Position numbers and translations under genes: made by a program. From Opitutaceae bacterium (GTDB lineage Bacteria > Verrucomicrobiota > Verrucomicrobiia > Opitutales > Opitutaceae): 50,484 nucleotides of DNA. Shown one piece after another: positions 36,948-47,300 of this stretch (positions within the stretch are counted from its first letter, which is position 1; each line of letters begins with the position of its first letter). Under the pieces are notes generated by a model, which ran no database searches, was not told where the DNA came from, and was given only the letters and a program-made list of their open reading frames with translations. The stretch lies in NCBI GenBank assembly GCA_016794725.1, contig JAEUGZ010000564.1, forward strand, positions 1-50,484. Direction: 5' to 3'.

Positions 36948-37730
36948 TCAGCCTCGGGCGGAGCGCCGCTGCACCTTGGCGGCCCTGGCCACGCGCTGTT
37001 GACTGCGCCGTTCCGCCCGGCTTGCCACCGCCGGCCGGGCCAGGTCGCGCACCGCGTCCTTCCCCACCCAACGGGAAGAGGCGTCGGGCGATGCCGCCAA
37101 TCGCGTGGCCAGGTCCAAAGCGACCGCGTGGAGTGCAGGCGAGCGATGCCCCAAGGAGCGAAGGGCCCAACTCACCGCTTTCTTCACAAAATTCCGCGCA
37201 TCGGTGGCTTCGCTTTCGATCCGGGGCAAAAAACCGAGAAACACGTCATCGAGGGCGAGCGGATCGTGGAGCGCCAGGCTCGCTAGCAGCGCAAACGCCC
37301 CCCGCTTCGGAAATTCGTCCTTGTACTTCGACCAGGCCTCCACCTTGGCGAACGCGAGAGGACTGCGGTCAAACAGGTGAAAGCACACGGTGTCGCAGAT
37401 CCCCCAATTGTCGAAATCCCGGCACCACCGGTCCATGCCTTTGGAAGTCAGCGCATCCGGTTCACCGACAAATGCGGCCAGCAACCGGGCTTCGTAGAGA
37501 TCCGTCCGCCAGAGGGCCTCGGCCAGCAGCTGCGATTTTCCAACGTCCCTGGCTCGCCGTTGCACGTCGCCGACGGCAACTCCGAGTGCCTTTTCATTCG
37601 GAATGCCGTAGCGGCTCAAGCCCTTCCGGTAGGACTCGCTGGCCCGACTTTTCAACCAGGCGAGCGATGCCGCCAGATCCGCGGCGATTTCAACTTGGCC
37701 GCGGGTCGGCGGGCGACTCGTTCGTTTCAT
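36948..37730 (-). CDS. DNA alkylation repair protein (AlkD/HEAT-repeat family)
   Basis: YGIPNEKALGV, LWRTDLYEARLLAAFV, WCRDFDNWGICDTVCFHLF, EFPKRGAFALLASLALHD and NFVKKAVSWALR match the DNA_alkylation family pattern. Confidence 0.8.
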   Translation of the reverse strand: MKRTSRPPTRGQVEIAADLAASLAWLKSRASESYRKGLSRYGIPNEKALGVAVGDVQRRARDVGKSQLLAEALWRTDLYEARLLAAFVGEPDALTSKGMDRWCRDFDNWGICDTVCFHLFDRSPLAFAKVEAWSKYKDEFPKRGAFALLASLALHDPLALDDVFLGFLPRIESEATDARNFVKKAVSWALRSLGHRSPALHAVALDLATRLAASPDASSRWVGKDAVRDLARPAVASRAERRSQQRVARAAKVQRRSARG

Positions 37731-37810
37731 TCCGAACTTTGTCTCTTTTCTCCGGCGACAGACATGCTGGAAGGTTGGATCCGCACGTCGCGCCGTCGGT
37801 CAAGGGACGA

Positions 37811-37909
37811 CTAGCGTCCCTTCTTCTCGCGCTTTTCCGCCTTTTTCTGCGCGGGTGTCTTCAAGGGTTTCTTCTTCGTTTCCTTCTGGGAGTTTTGTGT
37901 TTTAGCCAT
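37811..37909 (-). CDS. Possible 32-aa Lys-rich basic micro-protein
   Basis: MAKTQNSQKETKKKPLKTPAQKKAEKREKKGR from ATG 37909. It lies 80 nt upstream of the AlkD-like gene on the same strand. The upstream part of the track ORF (to 38023) looks non-coding. Confidence 0.3.
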   Translation of the reverse strand: MAKTQNSQKETKKKPLKTPAQKKAEKREKKGR

Positions 37910-38039
37910 GGCTTGGTGGGAACGCCTCGCCTCGAAGGGCGGCCGTTCGGTTTGGGTTGAATTGCCTGCGGAAAAAGAACTCTCCCGAGGGCAAAGGCAT
38001 TTGTGTCCGGTTTCCCCGGCCAAAGCGAGCTTTCGCCGC

Positions 38040-39380
38040 TCAGCGCCGGGCCAGCCCGTCCCGAACCGGAATCACCGTCGATGTCCAGCGCTCCCGCACA
38101 TCGGGATGGGTCTGCCGAAGAACCGTCGCAATCCGCCGCTTTTCCTCCATCCCCAGATAGGCGTATCGACCCGCTGGATCGTCCGATCGCAGCTCCTCGT
38201 GCAGCCGCTGCAGAATCCTCGACTTGAGCACGACCGGCAGGCCGACGAAAGCCTCCGAATAGATAAGGTAGCTGCAGCGCAGGTTGAACAAGCGACCCTG
38301 CAGCTTCAGGTCCTTCAGCGCATCTCCGTCCGCGCTGCGCGGTGCACCCGCGGCAAAGGCCTGTCGAAAGTCTTCGTGGCCCGCGACGCCGTCAGGCAAA
38401 GCCGCGGCCTCCCGGAAGAGGAGGTGATCGAGCACGTCCTGCACCGAGCTTTCCAGCACACTCTTCACACTTTCGTAGACAGGCTCGTCGGTGATCGTCT
38501 CCTTGAATGCCTTCTGGAGTCCGTGCTGGTAGGCAATCATCCGACGCACCGCCAGTCCGGCCCGCGTCAGGCTGTTCTGCATGGTCATCTGATGCTCCAA
38601 CACCAGCAACGCCACCACATCGCTGGTCCCGCGGAGGTAGGGACTAGGTGAGAAATAACCCGAAAGCTCTTCCGGTCGACGCGTGTCCGGGGTGAATCGG
38701 AGAACTCCGTCCACCTCGGAAGCCAGGACGTTTCCGCGGTGCGGAACCGTACCGCGATAGCCGGTGACATACCATCCGCCCCAACGCTCCGAAAAGGGTG
38801 TTTGGTCGTCGACGAGTTGCGTGCCATGCCTCAGCAGCGGTTCACCGTCGGCGTCGGGAAACACCGATCGGGCAAACAACCCGGGAATGTCCCGCACAAA
38901 GGTGCCGCCATGGCAGCGCAGGCAATCGGGGTCACGCTCCACGCGTGGTCCTTCGGTCCCGCCCGGACGCGGATCAATCGAATAGAAGACCGGGCCCAGG
39001 TTGGGATCGATCGCCACCACTTCGAACAAACCGCCCGGCACCCAGCCGACATAGACCGAGTCCGAAAAATACAAGGCCCGCGGCCGCTCCGGACGAATCC
39101 GTCCGCGCTGCAGGCTGGTGCGGGAAAACACCAGGACCTGACTCGCCATCGGCACCTTCAGGCGGTCGAGCAAGGATTTCAGGATCTGTCGCTCGCTTCC
39201 CCGGAGGGTCCACGTCCCGGTCTCCAATTCCCGCTTCACCCCCGCGAATGCATCCTGCGGCGTCCGGGCCGAGTACTCGACTGGAGGCAATTCATAGTCG
39301 GGTTGACCCTGCGCCCAGAGTCCGAGGTTTGAAAGGGCAAGACCGGCCGACCACCAACAGAAAACACGAAAAGGGCTCAT
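38040..39380 (-). CDS. Secreted hypothetical protein with a single CxxCH haem-c motif
   Basis: Signal peptide MSPFRVFCWWSAGLALSNLGLWAQG and CLRCH at 38910-38924. The rest has no family I can name. The start could be GTG 39404 or ATG 39380. Confidence 0.65.
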   Translation of the reverse strand: MSPFRVFCWWSAGLALSNLGLWAQGQPDYELPPVEYSARTPQDAFAGVKRELETGTWTLRGSERQILKSLLDRLKVPMASQVLVFSRTSLQRGRIRPERPRALYFSDSVYVGWVPGGLFEVVAIDPNLGPVFYSIDPRPGGTEGPRVERDPDCLRCHGGTFVRDIPGLFARSVFPDADGEPLLRHGTQLVDDQTPFSERWGGWYVTGYRGTVPHRGNVLASEVDGVLRFTPDTRRPEELSGYFSPSPYLRGTSDVVALLVLEHQMTMQNSLTRAGLAVRRMIAYQHGLQKAFKETITDEPVYESVKSVLESSVQDVLDHLLFREAAALPDGVAGHEDFRQAFAAGAPRSADGDALKDLKLQGRLFNLRCSYLIYSEAFVGLPVVLKSRILQRLHEELRSDDPAGRYAYLGMEEKRRIATVLRQTHPDVRERWTSTVIPVRDGLARR

Positions 39381-39553
39381 CAGACGAGGGGTCCATGGGG
39401 CCACGGGTTCTCACCGCTGACAAGCGTCGATCTGCGGCAACGCGGGGGATAAACACCCTTTGCGGCTCAACCCCGCGACGGCGGCGGCCACCGTGAACTT
39501 CGTCCCGGACCGCCTGGCCCGCGGTGCGCGCGGCCAGGCGGCCCGGGACGGGC

Positions 39554-40462
39554 TCATACCGGACGACGACCCCGTGTCACCGGTACAAAAATCTCGAGCA
39601 CGCTCTCGTCACTGGTGGGATTGAACGAGCGATCATAGCGCTCGATATCCGGTCCCTCCGTTCGCTGGTAATCGCCACTGGAGAGCCAGGATCCATAAAT
39701 GAACCCCATGGTCTCGCCGATTTTCTCAATCCGTCCGATGTGGGTGAACCTCGCAAACAGCCCTCCCCTCGATTTCCACGCCACCATGCCCTCGGGGAGC
39801 TTCGCCTCGTCCGCGACCACCGTTCCGGCGAGGTAGACGGCCTCCTCCGGATGACTCGCTTTCAGGCCGAGCGCTTCGGGACATTCGCTCAGTCCGTAGC
39901 CGACGCCGGGTTCCAAGGGTTGGATTTCACGAATGCGGTCAAAAAAATCATCCCAAAGTTTGGGGATGACCCTCAGGTTGTTGGCGTCCTTTGAGCCTGG
40001 CACAATGAACAGGGTTTGCAGGCCGGCGAACGTGCGCGGCGGGAGGGTGACGATTTCGGGGGTGAGTTTCATATGTTGATAACGAAGACGAAGGGCCGAC
40101 GCCGTGAGAATCGCGGGCGGCAATGCGCCCACCCCCATGTCCTGACCGGAACGATAGGCGCTGGGGGTGACACCCAGCTCGGCCTTGAAGGCGCGGGTAA
40201 AGGCCTCATGAGACTCGAACTGGCAATCGAGTGCGAGGTCCAGCAAGGGAGTGGAGCTGCTGCGCAGTCGCAGGGCGGCTGCCGCCAGTCGCCGGCGTCG
40301 CAGGTAACTGCCCGCGGACTCACCGACCATGGCGGAAAACGTGCGTTGGAAATGCCAGAAGGACATGCCCGCGGCGCGGGCCAGCGTTTCCAAGCTCAGC
40401 GGGCGATCCAGGTGTTCCTCGATCAGGCGGAGTGACTTCTGAATGGCACCGAGCTGTTGCAT
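39554..40462 (-). CDS. AraC-family transcriptional regulator with a GyrI-like effector-binding domain
   Basis: The N-terminal double HTH has LSLETLARAAGMSFWHFQRTFSAMVG and QFESHEAFTRAFKAELGVTPSAYR. The C-terminal half is GyrI-like (FTHIGRIEKIGETMGFIYGSWL...ERYD). Confidence 0.85.
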   Translation of the reverse strand: MQQLGAIQKSLRLIEEHLDRPLSLETLARAAGMSFWHFQRTFSAMVGESAGSYLRRRRLAAAALRLRSSSTPLLDLALDCQFESHEAFTRAFKAELGVTPSAYRSGQDMGVGALPPAILTASALRLRYQHMKLTPEIVTLPPRTFAGLQTLFIVPGSKDANNLRVIPKLWDDFFDRIREIQPLEPGVGYGLSECPEALGLKASHPEEAVYLAGTVVADEAKLPEGMVAWKSRGGLFARFTHIGRIEKIGETMGFIYGSWLSSGDYQRTEGPDIERYDRSFNPTSDESVLEIFVPVTRGRRPV

Positions 40463-40580
40463 GAGCGTGGTTCCACCTTAGCAGGCCCGGTGAGGGACTC
40501 GCTTGATTTTTTGTGCTTTTCTTCGCCGCGCGCAGGAGAAAGTCACCGGAGCCGGGCCAGCCCAACTCCTCCCACCCGCC

Positions 40581-41399
40581 TCACTTCGTCATCTGTGCGA
40601 AGTAGGTTTTCGCTTCAGAAACCAGCCGATTGGGGTCGGAGGCGAAGGCTTTGCTATCCGTCTCAATGGCGAGAACGCCCTTCCATTTGGACTTCTTGAT
40701 CTCGGCGAACAGCCCCGCGTAGTTCGCCTTGCCTTTGCCAATCTCGGTGTCGACGGCGACGACCTTGCCCTCGACCGTCTCGGTCGTCTTGTCCTTGAAA
40801 TGCATGTCGAACACGCGATCGCCGTACCCGCGAAACACCTCGGCTGCATCGAACCCGGCCGCAGTCACCCAACCCACATCCAGGCATACGCCGATCCGAT
40901 GATCCCGCGCCGCCAGGATTTTTTTCACGGTGGCCGGGTCGCCATAGACACTGCCCGTGCCATGATTGTGAATCGCCAGCTTGATATCGTACTCCTTGAC
41001 CAGCGCCTCGAGATTGTCCCACTCCGCCATGTCGCGCGGCTCCACGACAATGATCTTGATGCCCATCAGCTTGGCGAATTCGAAGAGTTTTCGATTCTCC
41101 TCCTTGTTCGTCGTCGTGCGGTTGACGCCGAAGGTGTAGGCGACCAATCCCGCCTTTTCGAGCACCGCCTTTTTGCGGAGCGACTCGGCGGCCGGGCCGT
41201 TGGGATCGATGTGGGAACCGATCAGTTGGAGCTGTTTGATGCCGTGCTTGGTCGCGAAGGCCACGACTTCATCAAAGCTCATGTTGCGACAGGTCCAGGT
41301 CTGCAGACCCAGTTCGAGGCCAGGCTGCGCGGCCACAGCACGCACAGCCAAGGCAAACACGGCGAGAGCGAGAACCAAACCGAGACGGGTGATCTTCAT
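40581..41399 (-). CDS. Secreted sugar-phosphate isomerase/epimerase-like protein (xylose isomerase-like TIM barrel)
   Basis: Signal peptide MKITRLGLVLALAVFALAVRAVAA, then LAIHNHG and CLDVGW metal-ligand-type blocks. Confidence 0.8.
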   Translation of the reverse strand: MKITRLGLVLALAVFALAVRAVAAQPGLELGLQTWTCRNMSFDEVVAFATKHGIKQLQLIGSHIDPNGPAAESLRKKAVLEKAGLVAYTFGVNRTTTNKEENRKLFEFAKLMGIKIIVVEPRDMAEWDNLEALVKEYDIKLAIHNHGTGSVYGDPATVKKILAARDHRIGVCLDVGWVTAAGFDAAEVFRGYGDRVFDMHFKDKTTETVEGKVVAVDTEIGKGKANYAGLFAEIKKSKWKGVLAIETDSKAFASDPNRLVSEAKTYFAQMTK

Positions 41400-41493
41400 G
41401 GGTAATTTCTCCAAAGGGGGAGTCAGATCGTGGCGCGCGCGGAACGGAGTGTCGACCCCGTTTCCAGCCTGGCCCAGGCAGGCGGACCGGCGG

Positions 41494-42852
41494 TCAGGCG
41501 ACGGGATAATCCCAGCCCTTGCGGTAAGAGCGACTCAGCAAGGCGTTGGCCGCATCGTCATCCACCACCCGTTCTTTTTCCCCATCCCACTCCAAACTCC
41601 GTCCCCGACGCCAGGACACCATGCCGAGGAGCGCGAGATTGGTGGCGTGGTGGATGTCCGCGATGTCGCAGGCCGGCTTTGAGCCGGTGCGGATGGCCTG
41701 CAGGAAGTCGGCCCACAGTTCCTTGATGTTCTGGGCATCAGGCTCGCCGAGTTGAGCCGCCTGCGACAAGGGAGCGGCCTTGGAGTCGTTGGGATAGAAT
41801 TTCCAGCCGTCGCGCCAGCCAAGGTGGAATGTCCCCTGGGTGCCGTAAAAGTAGCACCCCACGCTCTCGCCCTTTTCCGCCCCGTTGCCGCCAAAGCGTC
41901 GATGTTCCCATTGCACGCTGAAACGGTCGAAGCTGTAGGTCGCGAGCTGATGATCGGGTGCGTCCGGAGTCTGCTCGGTCGGGGTCAGCACCGGCGGGCC
42001 CGCCACCGGCCGGCCCGCGGTGGAATAGATGCGGCGGGGGTGCCGCTCCTCCATGATCCACAATACTTGATCCAACCAATGGATACCCCAGTCGCCCAGG
42101 GTGCCGTTGGCGTAGTCGAGGTAGTTGCGGAACCCGCGGGGATGGATCGCCCCGCTCCATGCGCCCTTGCGGTCGCGGGGATCGCCGCCGTTGTAGGGAC
42201 GCAGCGGCGCCGGTCCGCACCACAGGTCCCAGTCCAGCTCCTTCGGCACCGGCTGGGTCGGAATCGGGCGGTCGCGCCCGCCGCCGGAGTTGACGAAGCA
42301 CCGGATCATGCCGATCTCGCCCACTTTGCCCGATCGAATGAAGTCCCGCGCACTGAGATTGTGAGGCGAAATGCGCCGGTGGGTGCCCACCTGCACGACG
42401 CGTCCGGTCGCCTTGGCCGCGTTCACCATGGCGCGGCCTTCGTTCACGGTGTGAGAAATGGGTTTCTCGACGTAGACGTGGGCGCCGGCTCGCACCGCCG
42501 CAATCATGGGGAGCGCATGCCAGTGATCGGGGGTGCCGATGATCGCGATGTCGGGTTTGGTCTGCGCGAGCAGTTCGCGGTAGTCCTTGAAGCACTTGGG
42601 AACATCGCCCGTGCCCTCGCGCACCGCGGTCATCGTGGTTTCAAGCTGGCGCTCGTCGACGTCGCAGAGCGCCACAATCTCGCATGAGCGGCTCGCCATC
42701 GCCTCGCGCAGGATGTTGTTGCCCCACCACCCGCAACCGATCAGCGCGGTCCGAAAGCGTCGGCCGGTAAGGTCCGCAGCGCGGACCGAGCCAGGGAGTG
42801 ACGCAAGGGCGCCAGCAGCGAGGGAGTGACTGAGAAATTCGCGGCGTTTCAT
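41494..42852 (-). CDS. Gfo/Idh/MocA-family oxidoreductase, TAT-exported
   Basis: Twin-arginine signal MKRREFLSHSLAAGALASLPGSVRA, Rossmann motif ALIGCGWWG and DIAIIGTPDHWHA..VYVEKP. Confidence 0.88.
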   Translation of the reverse strand: MKRREFLSHSLAAGALASLPGSVRAADLTGRRFRTALIGCGWWGNNILREAMASRSCEIVALCDVDERQLETTMTAVREGTGDVPKCFKDYRELLAQTKPDIAIIGTPDHWHALPMIAAVRAGAHVYVEKPISHTVNEGRAMVNAAKATGRVVQVGTHRRISPHNLSARDFIRSGKVGEIGMIRCFVNSGGGRDRPIPTQPVPKELDWDLWCGPAPLRPYNGGDPRDRKGAWSGAIHPRGFRNYLDYANGTLGDWGIHWLDQVLWIMEERHPRRIYSTAGRPVAGPPVLTPTEQTPDAPDHQLATYSFDRFSVQWEHRRFGGNGAEKGESVGCYFYGTQGTFHLGWRDGWKFYPNDSKAAPLSQAAQLGEPDAQNIKELWADFLQAIRTGSKPACDIADIHHATNLALLGMVSWRRGRSLEWDGEKERVVDDDAANALLSRSYRKGWDYPVA

Positions 42853-43111
42853 AGGGGAGAACAAAGGGGGTCGGGACATCCTTGGGGGCGAAGCCCAGCA
42901 CGGCGAGTTTTTCCGTTGAAGGCGGGTTCGTCGTCGCGCAAACGCGTCGACTCAATGAAAACCGACACGGATGGATTCCGTCACCGTTGAAGGTGGCCTC
43001 GGAGAGCCGCGACGGGACCGGCCGGTCCCGCCTCTGTTTCTGATTTCTTCATCCGACGCCAATCCCCGCGCGGTCGGCGACCCCACCTCCAACGGACCCT
43101 GCCCTTTCCCG

Positions 43112-44200
43112 CTACGCCTTTAGTCCGAGACCGATGGTGTCACGCAAATAGACAAGTGATCGCTCCAACTCGCCGCGCTGGTAGGCCTGGGTCACGGGCC
43201 GGCCCTCTGCCCCCGGCGGGGCCTTGAAGGCTTCCAGCGGGCGTCCGCGACGTGCCAGGCGTTCAAACCGGTCCAGCGCTTCGGGTCGCCGGTCATACAC
43301 GTTCCAAAAGGAGGGGTCCCGGTAGGCAAAAGTCCGGGAAAAGCCGGAGATGGTCTCGATCATAATCGGGACCTTGGGACAGAGCTGGGCCCACCGCGAC
43401 GCCAGCGCGCTCCAGTCCAACTGCCCCTCGCCCGCTGCGGTCCATTGGACGGCGGCCCCCTCGGGAACCGACCAGACCATGACGTCGCGCAAACTGGAAC
43501 AGATCGTGACGGGCCCGAGGCGCTCCAGCGCGTCCAAAGGATCTTCCAGGGTCCAGGCTGCATTGCCGGTGTCAAAGTTGGCCCCGACAAAGTCGGTCCC
43601 GGCCTCGTCAATCAGCCGGCGCAGTTCCCATGAATGCAGGTCACCGGCATGATTCTCCAACGCGATCTTCACTCCGGAATCCAGCGCCTGGGAACGGCAC
43701 GCCTTCAGCACCACCAGGGTATCTGCCATCCGGGCGGCAATCCCTCCGGGTGTCTTCCGATCATCCCGGGAGCCCAGCACCACCCGAAACACCGGGGAGC
43801 CCAGCGCGGCGGCGACGCGCAATCCCAGGCGAAGATGCGCTTCGGCCGTACCCCAGGTGGCCTTGAAGGAGGGCGACGTGGGACAAATGCTCCAGCTCCC
43901 CGCGTACAATCGCAGCCCTTGGTCGTCGGCCCGAATTTTCACCTCGGCGAGCGCCGCCGGCTCCAGACTCACGTAGGCGTCGAGGTCCGATATGAGGAGG
44001 GAGTCGAGACGAAGCGACGCCGCATAGTCCACCAACTCGGCCGCCTTCCACCCCATCGCCCGCACGGCGTAGTTGTCCATGCCCAATCCGATGCCCCGTC
44101 GGGCCACTCCAGCCGCCGCCGTCGCGCGATTCGCGGCCCAAGCAGCCGGAAGGCCGCCCAGCAGCGCGGTGAGGAAAGTCCGTCGGGTCGAATGCGGCAT
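43112..44200 (-). CDS. TAT/Sec-exported xylose isomerase-like TIM-barrel protein
   Basis: MPHSTRRTFLTALLGGLPAAWA signal, then IALENHAGD and GANFDTGNA blocks. Confidence 0.8.
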   Translation of the reverse strand: MPHSTRRTFLTALLGGLPAAWAANRATAAAGVARRGIGLGMDNYAVRAMGWKAAELVDYAASLRLDSLLISDLDAYVSLEPAALAEVKIRADDQGLRLYAGSWSICPTSPSFKATWGTAEAHLRLGLRVAAALGSPVFRVVLGSRDDRKTPGGIAARMADTLVVLKACRSQALDSGVKIALENHAGDLHSWELRRLIDEAGTDFVGANFDTGNAAWTLEDPLDALERLGPVTICSSLRDVMVWSVPEGAAVQWTAAGEGQLDWSALASRWAQLCPKVPIMIETISGFSRTFAYRDPSFWNVYDRRPEALDRFERLARRGRPLEAFKAPPGAEGRPVTQAYQRGELERSLVYLRDTIGLGLKA

Positions 44201-44305
44201 AGGAAGCAAAGAGGTTGCCGCCAACAAAGCCATCCCCCGCGCCCTGTCGAGCCTTGGACGCGGCTCGAGTTCAGGGACGCATTACACCCGGCTTGTGCCT
44301 GCCGA

Positions 44306-44334
44306 GCCCTGCTTCGGCCAAACCGAAACAGGGC
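44306..44334 (-). other. Intercistronic 12-bp-stem hairpin after the receptor gene
   Basis: gccctgcttcgg-ccaaa-ccgaaacagggc. Its single mismatch becomes a G-U pair only in the minus-strand RNA. There is no U-tract. Confidence 0.3.
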
Positions 44335-44356
44335 GTTGGCTGCACCAGCCCAAGGG

Positions 44357-47300
44357 TCAAAGCCGCTTCGTGATCTGCAGCGACCAGGAACGGCCGCGGG
44401 CCATCTGGTTGTAGACCGACGGATCATAACCGCGCGAATCGCTCGAGAGCGGCGGGATCTTGTCGAAGAGATTGATCACCCCGAGGCGGATCGTCGTCCC
44501 ACCCAGCCAGCCCTCACGCTTGGCCGGAAAGCGGTAGGAAATGTTGGCATTGTAGCTGATCGAGTCGCTGACGATGTAGCGGTAAACCGCGCTGCCGCCC
44601 GTGAACACCGGAGCGATGTAGGAGGGCGAGCCGAGCGACTCATAGGTTGCCGCCGTCGTGGTGGCTCCGGAATCGCTGTAGTCTCCCGTATAATACGCCG
44701 AGAAACCGGCTCCCCACTCCTTGCGCCGCCAGGTCACCGACGCCGTGCCACGCCACTTGGGCGAAGCCCCGCCGACCGCCGCACTGTTGGTCCAACGCAG
44801 GTCCGTGCGGCTGGCGCCGGCCGCGTTGTACGTATGGAAGTCGTTCAGGTAGGTCCAGGTCGTCGCCAGCACAAAGTTGCCCAGGGAGGACTTCGGCAGG
44901 CGGTAATTCGCATCGAAATCGAACCCGTTCACAAACTGCTGGGCTCGGTTGAAGTAGGTGGTGCGGATGTAGTCGATCGCTCCGACGGTGGCGCGCTGAT
45001 TGCCCGGGGTGCGGGTGGCGTTGTAGGCGGCAAAGAAGTCGCGGTCGGTCTGGTTCACGGGCAGTCGCACCACCGACGAATCACCCTTGTAGGCAGCCGT
45101 GCCGGAACCGAGATCGATCGACCCAATCGACTGCCCCGCGGCGAGGGCCGCGGCCGTGGCCGCCTGCAGCGCGGCCGTGTCGTCCGCGATGCCGCCACCC
45201 GAGGCGATCACGTCCGTCTGACGAATTTCCCAGTAATCGACCCCGAGTGAGAGGCCCTTCACCTTGGGAACCTCGACGACCACTCCGGCCGACTTGCCCA
45301 CCGATTCCTCGGGCTTCAGGGTCAGATTGCCGGAAGCGATGCTGCGCCGGTTGGAGGGTCCGTCCGTGGGGAGGCCGGTCACCGCACTCCGGTAGCTGTC
45401 GGTGCTGCCCGTGACGGTGCGGATCAGCGTTCCCGTGAACAGCTGGGCCAGATTGGGCGCATTGAAGCCCTCGTTGTACGACGCACGAACCAAAATCCAG
45501 GGGGCCGGCCTCCAGGTGGCGCCGACCTTGGGTTTGGTCGTGTTGCCGAAGTCGGTGAAGTCCTCAAAGCGGGCCGAGGCCGCGAGTTCGAGGGAGTGGA
45601 CGAGCGGGAGTGTGAACTTCCCGCCGACGAGCGGGAGCACGGTCTCCAGATAGAACGCCGTGACATGGCGCTTGCCGTGGGTGTCGGAATTGGGCGAAAA
45701 CCCAAGGAAGTCGTTCGACGTGGGATCCAGGCCCGAGCCTGGCGGGTTCAGACCGGCGAACGGGGGACGGAAATCGTCGTAGGCCTCAAACCGATACTCA
45801 CCGCCAAAGGCGGCGCCGAGGCTGTTGCCGCCCCAGATCCCGACGACATCACCCGCCGCGCGGAAGTCGACGCTGGAGAGTTTCGTGATGCCTTCACGGA
45901 CAAACACCGAGCGGAACGTCTGCTGCACACTCTCCGGATTCACATAGGGGCCGGTGACCACGAGCGTGTTGTTTTGCACCGCGAAGGTGCGCGTGAACGG
46001 ATTGAAGGCCAGCGCCGGATCGGACTGGTTGATCGCCGCGATCAGCTTGCTCTTGCGGCTGGGTCCGGTCTCCCGGTCGGTCACCCGGCCCTCCGACAAC
46101 AGCACGGCCGACTCCCAGCGCCAGGTATCGAGAAACTTGCCGCGCACTCCGCCCACCACGCGAAAGACGTCGGTGTCGACGGTCGCGGTCCGGTCGGGCA
46201 GGTCCGTCAGGCGTTTGTTGCTGATGCGCACTGCCGCCGGCGTGCCGGTCAGACGCGCGGTGCCATCGGCGTTGGGCGCCCCGGTGGGACTCCAGAACCG
46301 GGTGCCGAACGGATTCCACGGATTGGTCGCCGGAACGACAATATCGCCGTCCGTCGACTGCGTGATGCCGTCGGGTTCGCGGTAGGTCAGCGAACGTGCG
46401 CTGTAGAGGTTCAAGTCACCGAAGGCGGTCAGGCGGTCGCTCAGGTCAAACTCGCCGGTCAGCATGGCATTGAACCGGTTCGACTCCGGCTGCAGCACGC
46501 GGTAGGCGTTGTTGTTCCAGTAGTAGGTGCTGGTCACTCCGCTCCGGCTCGGGGTGGCGGTGAGGAAACCAACTCCGGTGGCGGTCGGTGCGAGGAAGAA
46601 GGTCCCTGAGGTCGCCACCAGGGAGGCCGGCACCCCGGTCGGACGCGCCGCGGTGAAAACGCCCGCGCTGTTGACCGTGCCCACCTGGTAGTTGCCGAAT
46701 TCGCTGGTGGCGGAGCGCAGGTTGAACGTCGTGTTGGTCGACACATTCCAAGGCTCGGGGGCCTGGGAGCTGTGATCGGCCTCGGCCATGAACCCGCGGT
46801 TTCTGGCGAGGATGGCCTCGCGGTTGTAGACATCGAGGATGATCCCCAGACGACCCTTGCCACCGGCAAAGTTCCGCCCGTGCGTCAAGGTGCCGCGCCA
46901 CTCCTTGCCATCTCCAATCTCGGTCTGGGCATAACGCAGGCTCACCTCGGTGCCAACAAAGTCGCGCTTGGTGATGTAGTTGATCACACCCGCCACGGCA
47001 TCGGTGCCATAAATCGAGGACGCGCCGTCCCGCAGGACTTCCACCCGCTCAAGTCCTTGATTGGGCAGCTGGTTGACGTTCGTCGCAAGGGTCGGCACCC
47101 CAGCTTCGGACTGACTGATGGCATGCCCCACGAGGCGTCGGCCATTGAGCAGGATCAGGGTGTTGCTGGACGGAATGCCCCGCAGGGAAACGGTCGAATT
47201 GTCGCCGCGGGCGGTGGCGCCCAGGGTGGCGGTTTCATTACCGGGCAGGCCGGTCACCTGGGGCAACCCCGAAAGAAAATCGGCGGCCTGGGACGCGTCC

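Noticed and set aside
36770-37960. A 396-aa + strand ORF covers the AlkD-like locus.
   Set aside because: It is an antisense shadow. The minus-strand AlkD-like frame has family-specific blocks, whereas the + frame is Pro/Arg/Ser-rich.
43634-45250. A 538-aa + strand ORF spans the TIM-barrel gene and the receptor 3' end.
   Set aside because: It crosses an intergenic region and two well-supported minus-strand genes, and its composition is a low-complexity Arg/Gly type.
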